Positions 29,626-39,323 of a stretch of DNA of 52,133 nt are shown here, piece by piece. The notes beneath the pieces are model-generated. The model did not search any database. It was not told the DNA's origin and worked only from the letters and a program-made list of their open reading frames with translations. A program made the translations under genes and the position numbers. The DNA comes from a phage: the sequence record OZ470597.1; one strand, written 5' to 3'. How positions within the stretch are numbered: position 1 is the first letter of the stretch; each line of letters starts with the position of its first letter.

Positions 29626-31665
29626 ATGATTCCAAACATTGAAAAGCAAATATCAGCACTTGGTGAAGCGGTAATTAAATCCATTCAGGAGCGTTTCACT
29701 GTTGGCGAGATTGTGCCTTACCCTTACCAGTGCGTTGCATACGCTGAGATCGCAAAGCGTATGAAAAATTATGAGCATCCATTCTTTGTTAAAGCGTCCG
29801 TATCGGCTGGCAAAACATTGATGTTTGCAATGGTTGCTCACCAGTGCCGGAAAATGGGCTTAAAAATGATGGTTCTTGCTCGCCAAGCTGAGATTGTGGA
29901 TCAAGATTCTGAAGAGATAACAAATCTTGGCGTGCCGAACTCAATCTATTGCGCAGGGCTGAAGACAAAGAGCGCATACTTTCCGATCGTTGTTGGTTCT
30001 GAGGGAACTGTAGTTAATGGACTCTTTAAAGCGCTTAGCGACTATGTTCCTCACGTTATCGGGATTGACGAGTGTCACCAGGTGGATTGGGAAGACCTTG
30101 CCGACGCAATAGAGAAAGACGAGTCATTTTTACAAATGACGACAAAGAAAGGCGAAAAAGTACCAAATCCAGATTATGACGTAGCGAGCGATAACGAATG
30201 CGAAGAGTTCCTGATTGGTGAGGATGGCTTGCCAATGGAGGGAACAGGCCGCACACAATACACTGTCATTATTATGGAAATGATGCGCCGTTGCCGGAAA
30301 ACATATGGTCATGAACTACGCATATTTGGCATGACTGGATCAGAGTTTCGCGGTGTAGTCCCAATACTGGTAGAAGATAAAAAGCAAAAAGGATTCTGGC
30401 GTGAGCAGGTTACTAATATTGACACCAACTACCTGATCAAGTTCGGATCTGTTGTTCCGACTAATTTTGGCGACGTTGGCGATCTCGGGTATGACCTTTC
30501 AGAGTTTGAGGCATCAAGCGAGGATGGCGTTGCAGACTTTGACGCTAAAACGCTTCGCAGGATGGAACAAAAAATTCATGAAGAAGCGACCATGACAAAG
30601 CGCATCATGGCGAAAGTGCACGAGATATGTAAAAACCGTAACGGCGTACTTGTGACATGTGCAGGCGAAAGGCACTGTAAAGAGGCAGCGGCAGCATTGC
30701 CACCTGGAACGACTTACAGGATCATTACTGGTAAGACTGGCGATAACCAGCGCAAGGAGTGGTTGAAGGAGGCATACGAAGGGAAGGTAAAATACATCTT
30801 CCAGGTTCAGGCGCTAACAACTGGCGTTAACGTGCCTTTTTGGGATACGTCGGTTATATTGCGCAAGATTGGATCTCTTACGTTGCTGATTCAGCTTTTA
30901 GGGCGCGGAATGCGACTACTTAAGAAGTGGCATAAGGAGCAAGGATTCCAGAAAGATGATCATCTCGTCATGGATTTTTCAGGAACGATGGACGAGTTAG
31001 GGGAACTTTATTTTGATCCGATACTTGAACAGGCGCAACACAAGAAGCGATTCAGGAACGGTAAAGATCCGAAGCCTTGTCCTATTTGTGGAACTCTTAA
31101 CAGCTATTATGCTCGTCGTTGTATGCACGTAGACGAAAACGACAACAGATGCGAGTGGTTCTTTAAATTCAGGACATGTGATGATCAGATTGACCCGCGC
31201 ACTAAAAAGATTATTCATCGCGGTTGCGGCACGAAGAATGATATTGCGGCCAGGGTATGCAGACATTGCGACATGTCATTAATTGACCCTAACGAGAAGT
31301 TAAGCGGAAAGCACTACACAAAAAACGACTGGTTCAAGGTGCAATCTTTCTCGGTTGACATGACGAAAAACCAGAAAGGGATAATATTTAATTATGAGCT
31401 TTCCGATGGCATAGACACTTTCAGGGCGAGAGAGATATTTTTCCCTGAATCTGAAAGCCAAATTTGCCGCGCAAAATGGCGAAGCGTTGCCCTTAAGCAC
31501 ATACCAGATCGCCGCATCGCTGGTATGGTGGCGAGCTATCGCAATGCGCGTAAAATCATGCAATATGTGAATCACATCATGCCGCCATCGCGCGTGACTC
31601 ACCGCAAGACTAGCAAGGGCGAAGATAATTTGTACAAAAAGGAATTTAATTATGGCAATGACTGA
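29626..31665 (+). CDS. SF2 DEAD/DEAH-box ATP-dependent helicase
   Basis: Walker A SAGKT and DECH box; start set at ATG 29626, downstream of the conserved promoter at 29550-29592. Confidence 0.8.
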   Translation: MIPNIEKQISALGEAVIKSIQERFTVGEIVPYPYQCVAYAEIAKRMKNYEHPFFVKASVSAGKTLMFAMVAHQCRKMGLKMMVLARQAEIVDQDSEEITNLGVPNSIYCAGLKTKSAYFPIVVGSEGTVVNGLFKALSDYVPHVIGIDECHQVDWEDLADAIEKDESFLQMTTKKGEKVPNPDYDVASDNECEEFLIGEDGLPMEGTGRTQYTVIIMEMMRRCRKTYGHELRIFGMTGSEFRGVVPILVEDKKQKGFWREQVTNIDTNYLIKFGSVVPTNFGDVGDLGYDLSEFEASSEDGVADFDAKTLRRMEQKIHEEATMTKRIMAKVHEICKNRNGVLVTCAGERHCKEAAAALPPGTTYRIITGKTGDNQRKEWLKEAYEGKVKYIFQVQALTTGVNVPFWDTSVILRKIGSLTLLIQLLGRGMRLLKKWHKEQGFQKDDHLVMDFSGTMDELGELYFDPILEQAQHKKRFRNGKDPKPCPICGTLNSYYARRCMHVDENDNRCEWFFKFRTCDDQIDPRTKKIIHRGCGTKNDIAARVCRHCDMSLIDPNEKLSGKHYTKNDWFKVQSFSVDMTKNQKGIIFNYELSDGIDTFRAREIFFPESESQICRAKWRSVALKHIPDRRIAGMVASYRNARKIMQYVNHIMPPSRVTHRKTSKGEDNLYKKEFNYGND

Positions 31666-32071
31666 TAAAGGCGATTATCTGGAGTTTTACGAAAGAGATC
31701 CGACAGATACGCTAAAAGAGGAATCGCACCAGATCGGGGCGTTTCAATGGTTGACTTATGCTCATCCTGAATTACTGGCATGGCATACGAAAAACGAGGG
31801 CGACAAGGGGATCGCCACCGCAATGATGGATCAGCAAGCTGGGCTTGTTAAGGGCGTAAGTGATTTTATCATCCTGATTGGATTAAAAGGTCGTTACCCG
31901 TTCGCGGCAATTGAGATGAAGCGCGTCAATAAGTCCGGCAAGGGTAAGGCTTCACCAGTCAGCAAGGACCAAAAAGCCTTCTTGCGTCGTGTGCGTGAGC
32001 TTGGCGGATTCGCTGCCGTAACATACGGATATAAGCAATTCATGATCGCTGTAGAATACATGATGAAATAG
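31652..32071 (+). CDS. VRR-NUC domain nuclease
   Basis: 139 aa; PD-(D/E)XK-type SDFIILI...AAIEMKR motif typical of VRR-NUC. Confidence 0.6.
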   Translation: MAMTDKGDYLEFYERDPTDTLKEESHQIGAFQWLTYAHPELLAWHTKNEGDKGIATAMMDQQAGLVKGVSDFIILIGLKGRYPFAAIEMKRVNKSGKGKASPVSKDQKAFLRRVRELGGFAAVTYGYKQFMIAVEYMMK

Positions 32072-32111
32072 CACTTTTTGTTAAAACAGGCGCGAAGGAT
32101 TGCGCCATAAT
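32068..32111 (+). promoter_or_regulatory. conserved-element promoter upstream of dam
   Basis: ATAGCACTTTTTGTTAAAAC 32068-32087 overlapping upstream stop TAG; GC-rich inverted repeat spacer; -10 CATAAT 32106-32111. Confidence 0.55.
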
Positions 32112-32145
32112 AACGCCAGTTCAACAAGCAACAGGTAATTAAGAA

Positions 32146-32847
32146 ATGAGTAAAGAAACTGAAGTGACATTTGAACAAATAGAACGCGAAACATTCATTG
32201 GCAATGCTCTTGCTACTGGTGGTCATTACCAGGCTGTTAAACCAAATCAATATTTCAAAGTGACTGGCAACCGCTATAACGGCAGCAATACGCCGGACAT
32301 TGTGCGCGATTTGTGGTCTACTCCGCATGAGCTTGTCGCATGGATGGAAAGTGAATACGGTGATTATGACATCGACGCGGCTGCAAGCAAAGAAAATGCT
32401 GTATGTGAAAAATTCTACAGCAAGGAAACAAATTGCTTAAAGCGTTGGTGGGGTAGTAACAAGCATATATGGCTTAATCCACCGTACAGCAATATTACGC
32501 CATTTGTTAAGAAGGCGATTGAGCAAATGGAGCACAACAACCAGATCGACATGCTGTTACCTTGCGACACATCAACAGGATGGTTTTATGAAGCGCAGCA
32601 GCGCGCAGCGGAAATCATCTGGATCACTGGCGAAGTTTACCAGGAGGACGGAACAGAATATTCCCGCACAGGACGCCTTGCGTTTACCTCTGCTCTTACA
32701 GGTAAACCAGTTCAGGGAAACAACAAAGGCAGCGTTATTTTCATCATGCGCGAACTGAAGGAAGGTGAGCAGCAGAAAACTCGATACGTTAAAATCAGCG
32801 ACATTTGCCCTTCGGTGGCAGACCGTCGCGCACGGAAACGGAGCTAA
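32146..32847 (+). CDS. dam: DNA N6-adenine methyltransferase (phage T1 Dam type)
   Basis: 233 aa; catalytic NPPY motif (WLNPPYSNI); conserved promoter element upstream. Confidence 0.85.
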   Translation: MSKETEVTFEQIERETFIGNALATGGHYQAVKPNQYFKVTGNRYNGSNTPDIVRDLWSTPHELVAWMESEYGDYDIDAAASKENAVCEKFYSKETNCLKRWWGSNKHIWLNPPYSNITPFVKKAIEQMEHNNQIDMLLPCDTSTGWFYEAQQRAAEIIWITGEVYQEDGTEYSRTGRLAFTSALTGKPVQGNNKGSVIFIMRELKEGEQQKTRYVKISDICPSVADRRARKRS

Positions 32848-32851
32848 AACA

Positions 32852-33091
32852 ATGCAGAAAGAAAGAAGCGTTTATTTAAATGAAACTGGAGAGTGGTTGT
32901 TATTTCGCGCTATGGTTTGCGAGGCGCTTGATAAAAACGATTTCATAAAACCGCTATTAGGTTGCGATCCGTGGGAATTTACAAGCGCGCTTGACATGAG
33001 CTTCGAGGAAACAAGAAAACTACCGCTTGAAAAATGGCATGAGCAGATCGGTAAAGACTTGCAAGAGTTTTACGAATCAGCATCAAAATAG
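32852..33091 (+). CDS. hypothetical protein
   Basis: ATG 32852 (the listed ORF start 32765 overlaps dam); 79 aa; stop TAG lies inside the next conserved promoter element. Confidence 0.45.
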   Translation: MQKERSVYLNETGEWLLFRAMVCEALDKNDFIKPLLGCDPWEFTSALDMSFEETRKLPLEKWHEQIGKDLQEFYESASK

Positions 33092-33131
33092 CACTTTTTG
33101 TTAAAACGCCCGGCCTTGTGTCGGGCATAAT
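33088..33131 (+). promoter_or_regulatory. conserved-element promoter
   Basis: ATAGCACTTTTTGTTAAAAC 33088-33107 overlapping stop TAG; spacer hairpin GCCCGGCCTTGTGTCGGGC; -10 CATAAT 33126-33131. Confidence 0.55.
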
Positions 33132-33163
33132 TATTTCATCAAAACGAACAAGAGGAAAACAAA

Positions 33164-33343
33164 ATGGTTGTTTACGATCCACGCGCTTTTAAAATTGCTC
33201 AAGAAGTTTCACGCGAATCTGTTGCTGGCGGTTCGGTTAACGGCTATCAGTTTGATTGGTCGGCAGCAATGACCTTGCTTAAGGTTGCATATGGTCACGC
33301 GCCAATTGAAACAGCGGAGGAATATTATAAGCATGAAGGTTGA
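33164..33343 (+). CDS. hypothetical small protein
   Basis: 59 aa ORF with AGAGGA RBS downstream of promoter 33088-33131. Confidence 0.3.
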   Translation: MVVYDPRAFKIAQEVSRESVAGGSVNGYQFDWSAAMTLLKVAYGHAPIETAEEYYKHEG

Positions 33344-33575
33344 GCAAGGTAGGCAGGCTGTATGGGATCACGCAAAGGAATGCGGGATCGCAGAAGACAT
33401 ATCCAGGATAGCGAAATATTTTGATATTGCTGACATAAGCATTATCAGCGGCGACAAAATGACATTTCTCAATGAACGCCCGCGCAAGATGCATCGCGTC
33501 CCAGCAATACCAACAAAGATTGATTTCAAAGAGGCTATGGCGAAAATTCGCGAGCCGCGCAAATACTACAAATGA
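33333..33575 (+). CDS. hypothetical protein
   Basis: ATG 33333 with GGAGG RBS; 80 aa. Confidence 0.4.
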   Translation: MKVEQGRQAVWDHAKECGIAEDISRIAKYFDIADISIISGDKMTFLNERPRKMHRVPAIPTKIDFKEAMAKIREPRKYYK

Positions 33576-33674
33576 GGATTATTATCATGTGGCGTTTGTT
33601 ACTTTTGCCCTTACCTGTTATGATGGCGATCTCTATTGTATACGTTGTCATAATGAGATAAGGAGAATTTTTTG

Positions 33675-34790
33675 ATGAAGCAAATCAAAATCACAGATGA
33701 ACAATTTATCAATGAGCGCAAGCAGGGAAAGACATATAAGCAGATCGCTAATGAGTATGGCATGAACGTTCGAAGCATTGAGCGACGCGCGGCACGATTA
33801 GCAAAGCAGGGTAAAGTTACAACCATCGGATCACCTGGTTTTGGTGTTACTGGAGAATCAAAGCTAATTGATAAAGATGGCAATGTGGTTATGACATGGA
33901 TTAAGACAAGCAAAGACCGCGAACAGTTAGAAGCATTAATGCATGCCGCTATGGATGCATTTAGCGAAGAAGTTCCGCGACTTGATCCGCAGCCAGAATC
34001 ACAAAAGGATTATAGCGAGACGTTATCACTGTATCCGATCTTTGACATGCACTTGGGCGCAATGGCGCATAAGCATGAATGCGGCGAGAATTGGGATACA
34101 GCAACAGCAGAGCGCGTAATGAATAATTTCATTGATTATTCCATCCAGTGCGCACCTGATAGTGAGAATGCTGTTTTGCTGATTGGCGGTGATATGCTTC
34201 ACAGTGACGGACTGGAAGCGGTAACACCTGCAAGCGGTCACGTATTGGATCAAGATAGTCGATACGCAAAACTTGTTTATGTTGCCATCCGGTCAGTGCG
34301 TCGAGCAATTACAAAGCTGTTATCAAAACACAAAAACGTCGAGATTCAGATCATTGAAGGCAACCACGACCAAAGCGGCATGATCTGGTTGCGCGCAGCA
34401 ATGGCGGCAGCATATGAGAATGAGCCGCGAGTGCATGTTGATGTGTCTCCGCGAGTAGTTCATCACACACAATATGGCAAAACGTTCCTGGCATACCATC
34501 ACGGGCATACTATCCGCAAACCTGAAACATTGCTAATGATGTGCGCGGCAGACTGGCGCGAAGACTTCGGCAATTCAAAAATGATGTATGCTCACGTAGG
34601 GCACTGGCATCATCAAACAGTAACTGAAACAAGCCTGGGCATTGTTGAAGTGCATAGCACTATGGCGGCAAAAGATGCATATGCGGCGCGCGGTGGATGG
34701 CGTTCTCGTCGCCGTGCGGCTGTTATTGTTTATGATAAAGAATACGGAGAAGTAGGGCGATTTATGCATTATCCAGAAATGTCTGGTTGA
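33675..34790 (+). CDS. metallophosphoesterase (calcineurin-like) with N-terminal HTH region
   Basis: phosphoesterase motifs GDMLH, GNHD, GHWHH; N-terminal TYKQIANEYGMNVRSIERRAARL helix-turn-helix. Confidence 0.65.
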   Translation: MKQIKITDEQFINERKQGKTYKQIANEYGMNVRSIERRAARLAKQGKVTTIGSPGFGVTGESKLIDKDGNVVMTWIKTSKDREQLEALMHAAMDAFSEEVPRLDPQPESQKDYSETLSLYPIFDMHLGAMAHKHECGENWDTATAERVMNNFIDYSIQCAPDSENAVLLIGGDMLHSDGLEAVTPASGHVLDQDSRYAKLVYVAIRSVRRAITKLLSKHKNVEIQIIEGNHDQSGMIWLRAAMAAAYENEPRVHVDVSPRVVHHTQYGKTFLAYHHGHTIRKPETLLMMCAADWREDFGNSKMMYAHVGHWHHQTVTETSLGIVEVHSTMAAKDAYAARGGWRSRRRAAVIVYDKEYGEVGRFMHYPEMSG

Positions 34791-34833
34791 ACTTTTAATC
34801 ATTAAAATATAAATATAAATCATCAATTTAATT

Positions 34834-34864
34834 GGGCGTGGCATTTTGCTTCGCCCTTTTTTTA
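34834..34864 (+). terminator. intrinsic terminator upstream of lysis cassette
   Basis: GGGCG...CGCCC hairpin followed by TTTTTTT. Confidence 0.6.
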
Positions 34865-34936
34865 TTCCTTTTTATTCGTTCAATGGTTAGGATACAGTCA
34901 ATTAATTGTTGACTTTTATCTACAGGAGATCTAATC

Positions 34937-35152
34937 ATGAAAGATTTTTTAAACGCTGCAACTTCCGGCACTGGCGGCGCGTCAATCACTGGCGCGGTAA
35001 CTGGTCAAACAACTATTGCAATAGCCAGCTTCGTTTTGATGGCTGCATTTGGTATGTGGGGCGCTTATCTTCGCTGGCGTGATAGTAAGGCGCTACGTGA
35101 CGCGCTTGAATGCGGTGATATTAAGAAAGCTATTGAGATCAGAGGTAAATAA
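34937..35152 (+). CDS. holin (pinholin-like, two predicted TMDs)
   Basis: 71 aa, weak Gly/Ala-rich TMD1 and hydrophobic TMD2, charged C-terminus; directly upstream of SAR endolysin with TAATG overlap. Confidence 0.6.
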   Translation: MKDFLNAATSGTGGASITGAVTGQTTIAIASFVLMAAFGMWGAYLRWRDSKALRDALECGDIKKAIEIRGK

Positions 35153-35640
35153 TGAGTATAAAACAAAGAGTGACAGCTGCGGCTTTTGGCGTTGCTCTTG
35201 CCCTTACTTCTCCGCTACTGGAGGAAATAGAAGGAGTAAAACATAAGCCGTACAAAGATATTGCTGGGATATGGACGGTTTGCGCCGGAATAACTGGACC
35301 TGACGTAATACCAGGCAAAACGTACACACAGAGAGAGTGCGATGCGCTACTGGCAAAGCATATCAAGATCGCAAAGGATGAAGTTGATAAACGTGTGAAG
35401 GTTGATATTCCTGATACAATGCGCGCAGCGATGTATTCATTCACATACAATGCTGGCACTGGTGCTTTTAGAAATTCAACCATGCTTAAGCTGATTAATA
35501 ACGGTCGTTATATGGAAGCGTGCAATCAGTTATGGCGATGGACAAAATACACCAACCCAAAAACAGGAAATAAAGAAACGTCTAAAGGACTGCGCAACCG
35601 CCGCGCCGTGGAATTTAAATATTGCATTAAGGATCTGTAA
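35152..35640 (+). CDS. SAR endolysin (T4-lysozyme fold, phage 21 R-like)
   Basis: N-terminal SAR domain [17 protein letters not shown] then [25 protein letters not shown], matching R21 [24 protein letters not shown] catalytic region. Confidence 0.85.
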   Translation: MSIKQRVTAAAFGVALALTSPLLEEIEGVKHKPYKDIAGIWTVCAGITGPDVIPGKTYTQRECDALLAKHIKIAKDEVDKRVKVDIPDTMRAAMYSFTYNAGTGAFRNSTMLKLINNGRYMEACNQLWRWTKYTNPKTGNKETSKGLRNRRAVEFKYCIKDL

Positions 35641-35642
35641 TT

Positions 35643-36041
35643 ATGAGAAAGTTATCGGCAATCGCGATCGCTGTTATCTTGTCTGGATGTTCAAGCGTTA
35701 TGCCACTGACCGGATTAATCGGCAGTAAGCCGGAAATCACAGCACAGGCTGGCGCGGAGAACGTTAAGCAGACAGTTGGCGTTACCGCAAAGCAGGACGC
35801 CAGCACAAAACAGGAAACCACAATAAAGGAATCTGCGGTTGATAAGGTGGACACTTCCAGCAAGAAGGATTTCACTACGTCAACCATTCAGGCTAACACC
35901 ATCAAGGCTGATAAAATCCAGGTTGTGCAGGGTGGGCAAAGGAAGTGGTACGATCCTATAATCTATTGCGCTGCAATTTTTAGTGGTCTTTTGTTAATGA
36001 CTTACTTTTCCTACCGCAAAGGCAACAAAAAGGAGGCTTAA
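35643..36041 (+). CDS. unimolecular spanin (lipoprotein with C-terminal TMD)
   Basis: lipobox ILSGCSS at N-terminus and C-terminal TMD IIYCAAIFSGLLLMTYF; last gene of lysis cassette; terminator after. Confidence 0.7.
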   Translation: MRKLSAIAIAVILSGCSSVMPLTGLIGSKPEITAQAGAENVKQTVGVTAKQDASTKQETTIKESAVDKVDTSSKKDFTTSTIQANTIKADKIQVVQGGQRKWYDPIIYCAAIFSGLLLMTYFSYRKGNKKEA

Positions 36042-36055
36042 CGCCTCCTTTGTTA
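36027..36055. terminator. bidirectional terminator after spanin gene
   Basis: GGAGGC...GCCTCC hairpin flanked by A-run and T-run. Confidence 0.6.
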
Positions 36056-36247
36056 TTCAATTCTCTTTACAGTAACCAACAAAACGCCGTCATCATCACA
36101 CAAATTATGCTCTGATATGTTAAACGCTCGCATGTCAGAATGAATTAGCGTTAACATTGCGTGCATGAAGTCTTCATGTGAGATTGAACTTACGGCGCAG
36201 AACTTCAATATTTTGTCTATTAGCATTTGACGCAAACAATTCTTCAT
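36053..36247 (-). CDS. hypothetical protein
   Basis: 64 aa ORF with GGAG RBS; overlaps 3' end of 36174..36572 by 74 nt, so uncertain. Confidence 0.25.
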   Translation of the reverse strand: MKNCLRQMLIDKILKFCAVSSISHEDFMHAMLTLIHSDMRAFNISEHNLCDDDGVLLVTVKRIE

Positions 36248-36572
36248 CGCTCATTTCTCCGATCCTTAAAACATCCCTTACCCATTCGTTTTGCATACCT
36301 TCCAGGCTGTAAAGTTCAAACGAGAAAGGGCGATTTGCGGATCCTTTCTTACACCAGAACTTTCCACCAACTCCATCAAGATAACCAGCGGTCATCATTC
36401 TTGCGCAAAACTCTTTTGAAACGGCAGTCGCAAACATTCTCGGCGTAAATCCTGCGGCCCTTGCGAGCCGCTCACATTCTCTATGCTGAAATATAAATTT
36501 CGCTATATGTTGACGTGTAAACCATTCGAATGACTCACACCAGCGATACAGATCCAGAAGAAACATAATCAC
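36174..36572 (-). CDS. hypothetical protein
   Basis: 132 aa; start overlaps stop of upstream large gene (ATGA). Confidence 0.45.
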   Translation of the reverse strand: MIMFLLDLYRWCESFEWFTRQHIAKFIFQHRECERLARAAGFTPRMFATAVSKEFCARMMTAGYLDGVGGKFWCKKGSANRPFSFELYSLEGMQNEWVRDVLRIGEMSDEELFASNANRQNIEVLRRKFNLT

Positions 36573-38152
36573 CCCAGCAATGTTGGATTTACAAAAACAA
36601 CGCCATTAATCACACAAATATAATTTCTTTCTTCAAGCATCGGCAGCAGTTGCGTTTCCATACGCTTCATTACGCCAGCCTGACCAACAAAAGGCTTAAC
36701 TTTTCGTGCAGCCTCATATATGGCGCGCACATTCAAGATCCCCTTGTTAGCCTTACCGTGTCGAGTGATAATCTCGATTAGTTTACCCATTTCAGCATCA
36801 TCACCAGCATAGCCAGAAGCGTTGGCGGCGCTAATGTATGTTTTGCTCAACTCGCTAAACATCAGCAGTGCTTCTTGAACGGTTTCAACTTCAATCTCTT
36901 TCGACTTCTGAGGGTATCCACCAGGATTAAACCAGTTGCGGATAGTGTGCAAAACTGAAGCAATCCTGATCACCTGCTTATCCATTTTGCCAAGCGCGCC
37001 GCGCAGCATTGTATGCGAATACTTTCCGCCATCAGCAAGGTGCGGTTCCATCTCCTGACGAGCCATGTTAAGGACTCGCATTGCTGATTTGCTGATCTTA
37101 AGCTGTATGTTTGATTCACTCATGATGTTATGGATCAGCTTAAAATATTGGCTTTTCAGTTCTCCATCAACAGGCTCATAAGTAGAATCACCGTTATCAT
37201 CAACAAATTTTCGACGACCTAAAAATGATTCTTCACGCACAAGCAAATAACGCTCACTCACACCGATACCGCGCGATCCTGCATCCATGATGGCATTAAT
37301 TGTTTCATCCTGGGCAATTACTGCCATACAGCCAAGAGCTTTAAAACTCATGTTATTGTCTGCGTTTGCGCGAGCTATAGAAACATGACCGTGATCCCAT
37401 GCTTTCAGCACAAGTTCGCTGTTGGTTTTACGTTCGCTATTGGCATATGTCAGACCTAAAAGGCTGTTAATACTCGTTGCCTCGTCTGAAATCACAGCAA
37501 AGTTACCCTGGCGATTGTTGATTCTTGCAAGTCCTTCCGGCGTGGTGTCTGACACAGGGAAAACGATGTCACACATCTTTTCCAGTTTTTCTTCCAGATC
37601 TTCTTTCTCCTGGTATAGCGATTCCATATCAGCACCAGATCGCTCGCTCTTCATCTCTTTTGCAAGACCTGCCAACTTTGCCTGAATCTTTTTCCGCTCC
37701 TTCTTTCGCTGATCATTAATTCTTTCCACTTCAGCAACCATAGGAGCAAGAGCCAGGCTGTTAACGGCAGATTTACCAGTTGAAGGAGGCTGGCTTGTGA
37801 CAACGTAAAGAGCGGTTGGCTGATCCGTTCCGTGATACTCAACCGTGAAGCGTCCAAGCATTGCAGCAGACACGCAGCCGATAAAATGCATATAGGCCGA
37901 TGATTCAGGGAATTGAACAGAGCGAGCAATGTTTCGCGCCAACTTACCAACAACATCAACATCATTGCCAAGAGAAATTACAGGGTAGCGATCGTTTCCG
38001 TTATTAACATCATTAACCTCACCCCAAAAGCTGGACGATTGACGGTATCCGTTAGCCTGAATGGACACGCGCACCGGAGACAATCCTTGTGCATCAGCTA
38101 ATTCGATAATTTGTTTTGGTGTTAGTTTATTGGTTTCAAACGAAAAATTCAT
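36569..38152 (-). CDS. large hypothetical protein (possible DUF3987-like replication-associated protein)
   Basis: 527 aa from ATG 38152 (AAAGGAG RBS; ORF extends to 38212); conserved promoter element immediately upstream; P-loop-like PPSTGKS is non-canonical. Confidence 0.5.
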   Translation of the reverse strand: MNFSFETNKLTPKQIIELADAQGLSPVRVSIQANGYRQSSSFWGEVNDVNNGNDRYPVISLGNDVDVVGKLARNIARSVQFPESSAYMHFIGCVSAAMLGRFTVEYHGTDQPTALYVVTSQPPSTGKSAVNSLALAPMVAEVERINDQRKKERKKIQAKLAGLAKEMKSERSGADMESLYQEKEDLEEKLEKMCDIVFPVSDTTPEGLARINNRQGNFAVISDEATSINSLLGLTYANSERKTNSELVLKAWDHGHVSIARANADNNMSFKALGCMAVIAQDETINAIMDAGSRGIGVSERYLLVREESFLGRRKFVDDNGDSTYEPVDGELKSQYFKLIHNIMSESNIQLKISKSAMRVLNMARQEMEPHLADGGKYSHTMLRGALGKMDKQVIRIASVLHTIRNWFNPGGYPQKSKEIEVETVQEALLMFSELSKTYISAANASGYAGDDAEMGKLIEIITRHGKANKGILNVRAIYEAARKVKPFVGQAGVMKRMETQLLPMLEERNYICVINGVVFVNPTLLG

Positions 38153-38177
38153 TGATGATAACTCCTTTTGATGCGGC

Positions 38178-38221
38178 AATAATACCGCACCAATGCTACC
38201 CGCATTTAACAAAAAATGCTA
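38178..38221 (-). promoter_or_regulatory. conserved-element promoter for 36569..38152 gene
   Basis: minus-strand ATAGCATTTTTTGTTAAAT (38204-38221) and -10 TATTAT (38178-38183). Confidence 0.5.
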
Positions 38222-38440
38222 TTTTATCCGCTCTATGCTAACTAGGATTTTTTCTGGTTCCCTTGCGCTATGGCAATGCGCGGTTACGGAATCAACAAAA
38301 TCAAAATAAAGTGATTTGTGGTAAGAAAGACCAATCAGCCATCCAACCATCGTTTTCTTTATTGGCCTGACTATATCGCCAGGCTTGAAGGTTTTTGTTG
38401 CTGAATGAGTCACCTTATAGCGATATTCAGTCTTGATCAT
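38219..38440 (-). CDS. hypothetical protein
   Basis: start tentatively at ATG 38440 just downstream of the HNH stop. Confidence 0.3.
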   Translation of the reverse strand: MIKTEYRYKVTHSATKTFKPGDIVRPIKKTMVGWLIGLSYHKSLYFDFVDSVTAHCHSAREPEKILVSIERIK

Positions 38441-38447
38441 AATGCTT

Positions 38448-38945
38448 CTATTTCCCGTGGTTTTCATGGAATCCATAATCAATCAACAATCTATCTCTTT
38501 CTGATATAGCCGACTCCAAGCATGTGTGCCACCCGCCATAAATCAATCTACCATCAACCCTCACATTAACCTTGTATTTACCCCTATTTTCGTACCAGAT
38601 AATACCTATATGACCGCTTGTATTGTTAGACCGCATGGATAAATTTCGTCCGTTTATCGACCTTGTAACCAGCCTCAAGTTTTCTATCCTGTTATCAGTT
38701 CTGTCATGGTTTAAGTGATCAACCTCCATGTTTGGCGGAATATCTCCGTTATGCATAATCCAAACAACCCTGTGAGCATAAATCTGCACACCTTCTATAG
38801 TTAGCTTTACATACCCTTTGCTGTTTACGGTTCCAGCCTCAAGACTACGTTTTCTACCCTTTCTCCATTCCTTCCAGTAAAGAATCCCGTCGTCGTATCT
38901 TAGTTGACTTAGAAGTATTTCGCTTGAAATTTTGCAGTTGCACAT
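38448..38945 (-). CDS. HNH homing endonuclease
   Basis: 165 aa; MEVDHLNHDRTDNRIENLRL HNH motif, C-terminal DYGFHENHGK; GGAGG RBS; 5' end overlaps upstream gene by 37 nt. Confidence 0.8.
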   Translation of the reverse strand: MCNCKISSEILLSQLRYDDGILYWKEWRKGRKRSLEAGTVNSKGYVKLTIEGVQIYAHRVVWIMHNGDIPPNMEVDHLNHDRTDNRIENLRLVTRSINGRNLSMRSNNTSGHIGIIWYENRGKYKVNVRVDGRLIYGGWHTCLESAISERDRLLIDYGFHENHGK

Positions 38946-39292
38946 TCGAAACCCTCCTCGCAGCGATATAGAGTAAAACGATCACCTTGTTCGTCGTAAA
39001 CATACCCAGCAACAGCGCCAAGAACTCTACCACTTTCCACTTGATATCTCTTTCCTTTCTTGAAAGTTTTCTTAACGCTAAGAGAATGGTCAACGCAAGT
39101 GCAAAGTATTGTTTTTGTCTTGATATGACGATAGTCAGACTCAACAGCGTTTTGCCACTTGCTACCCTTTGTAATGCTCTTTACCTGGAATTGTTCCAAC
39201 TCGATCACATCATCGCTACCAGCAATTTTTTCGTATACAGCTTTATAACGACCGTTCATCAAAACGTTGGTTTTATTGCAGATAACTTTCAT
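38909..39292 (-). CDS. hypothetical protein
   Basis: 127 aa, AAGGAG RBS, conserved promoter element upstream. Confidence 0.5.
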   Translation of the reverse strand: MKVICNKTNVLMNGRYKAVYEKIAGSDDVIELEQFQVKSITKGSKWQNAVESDYRHIKTKTILCTCVDHSLSVKKTFKKGKRYQVESGRVLGAVAGYVYDEQGDRFTLYRCEEGFECATAKFQAKYF

Positions 39293-39323
39293 CGTTTATT
39301 TCTCCTTTCGTTTCGGTGAAGTG

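Noticed and set aside
32765-32851. Upstream extension of ORF 32765..33091 overlapping dam
   Set aside because: The extension overlaps the dam coding sequence in another frame; ATG 32852 follows the dam stop and has a plausible RBS.
33589-33663. 24-aa hydrophobic mini-ORF (MWRLLLLPLPVMMAISIVYVVIMR)
   Set aside because: Too short and without an RBS; sits in an intergenic leader.
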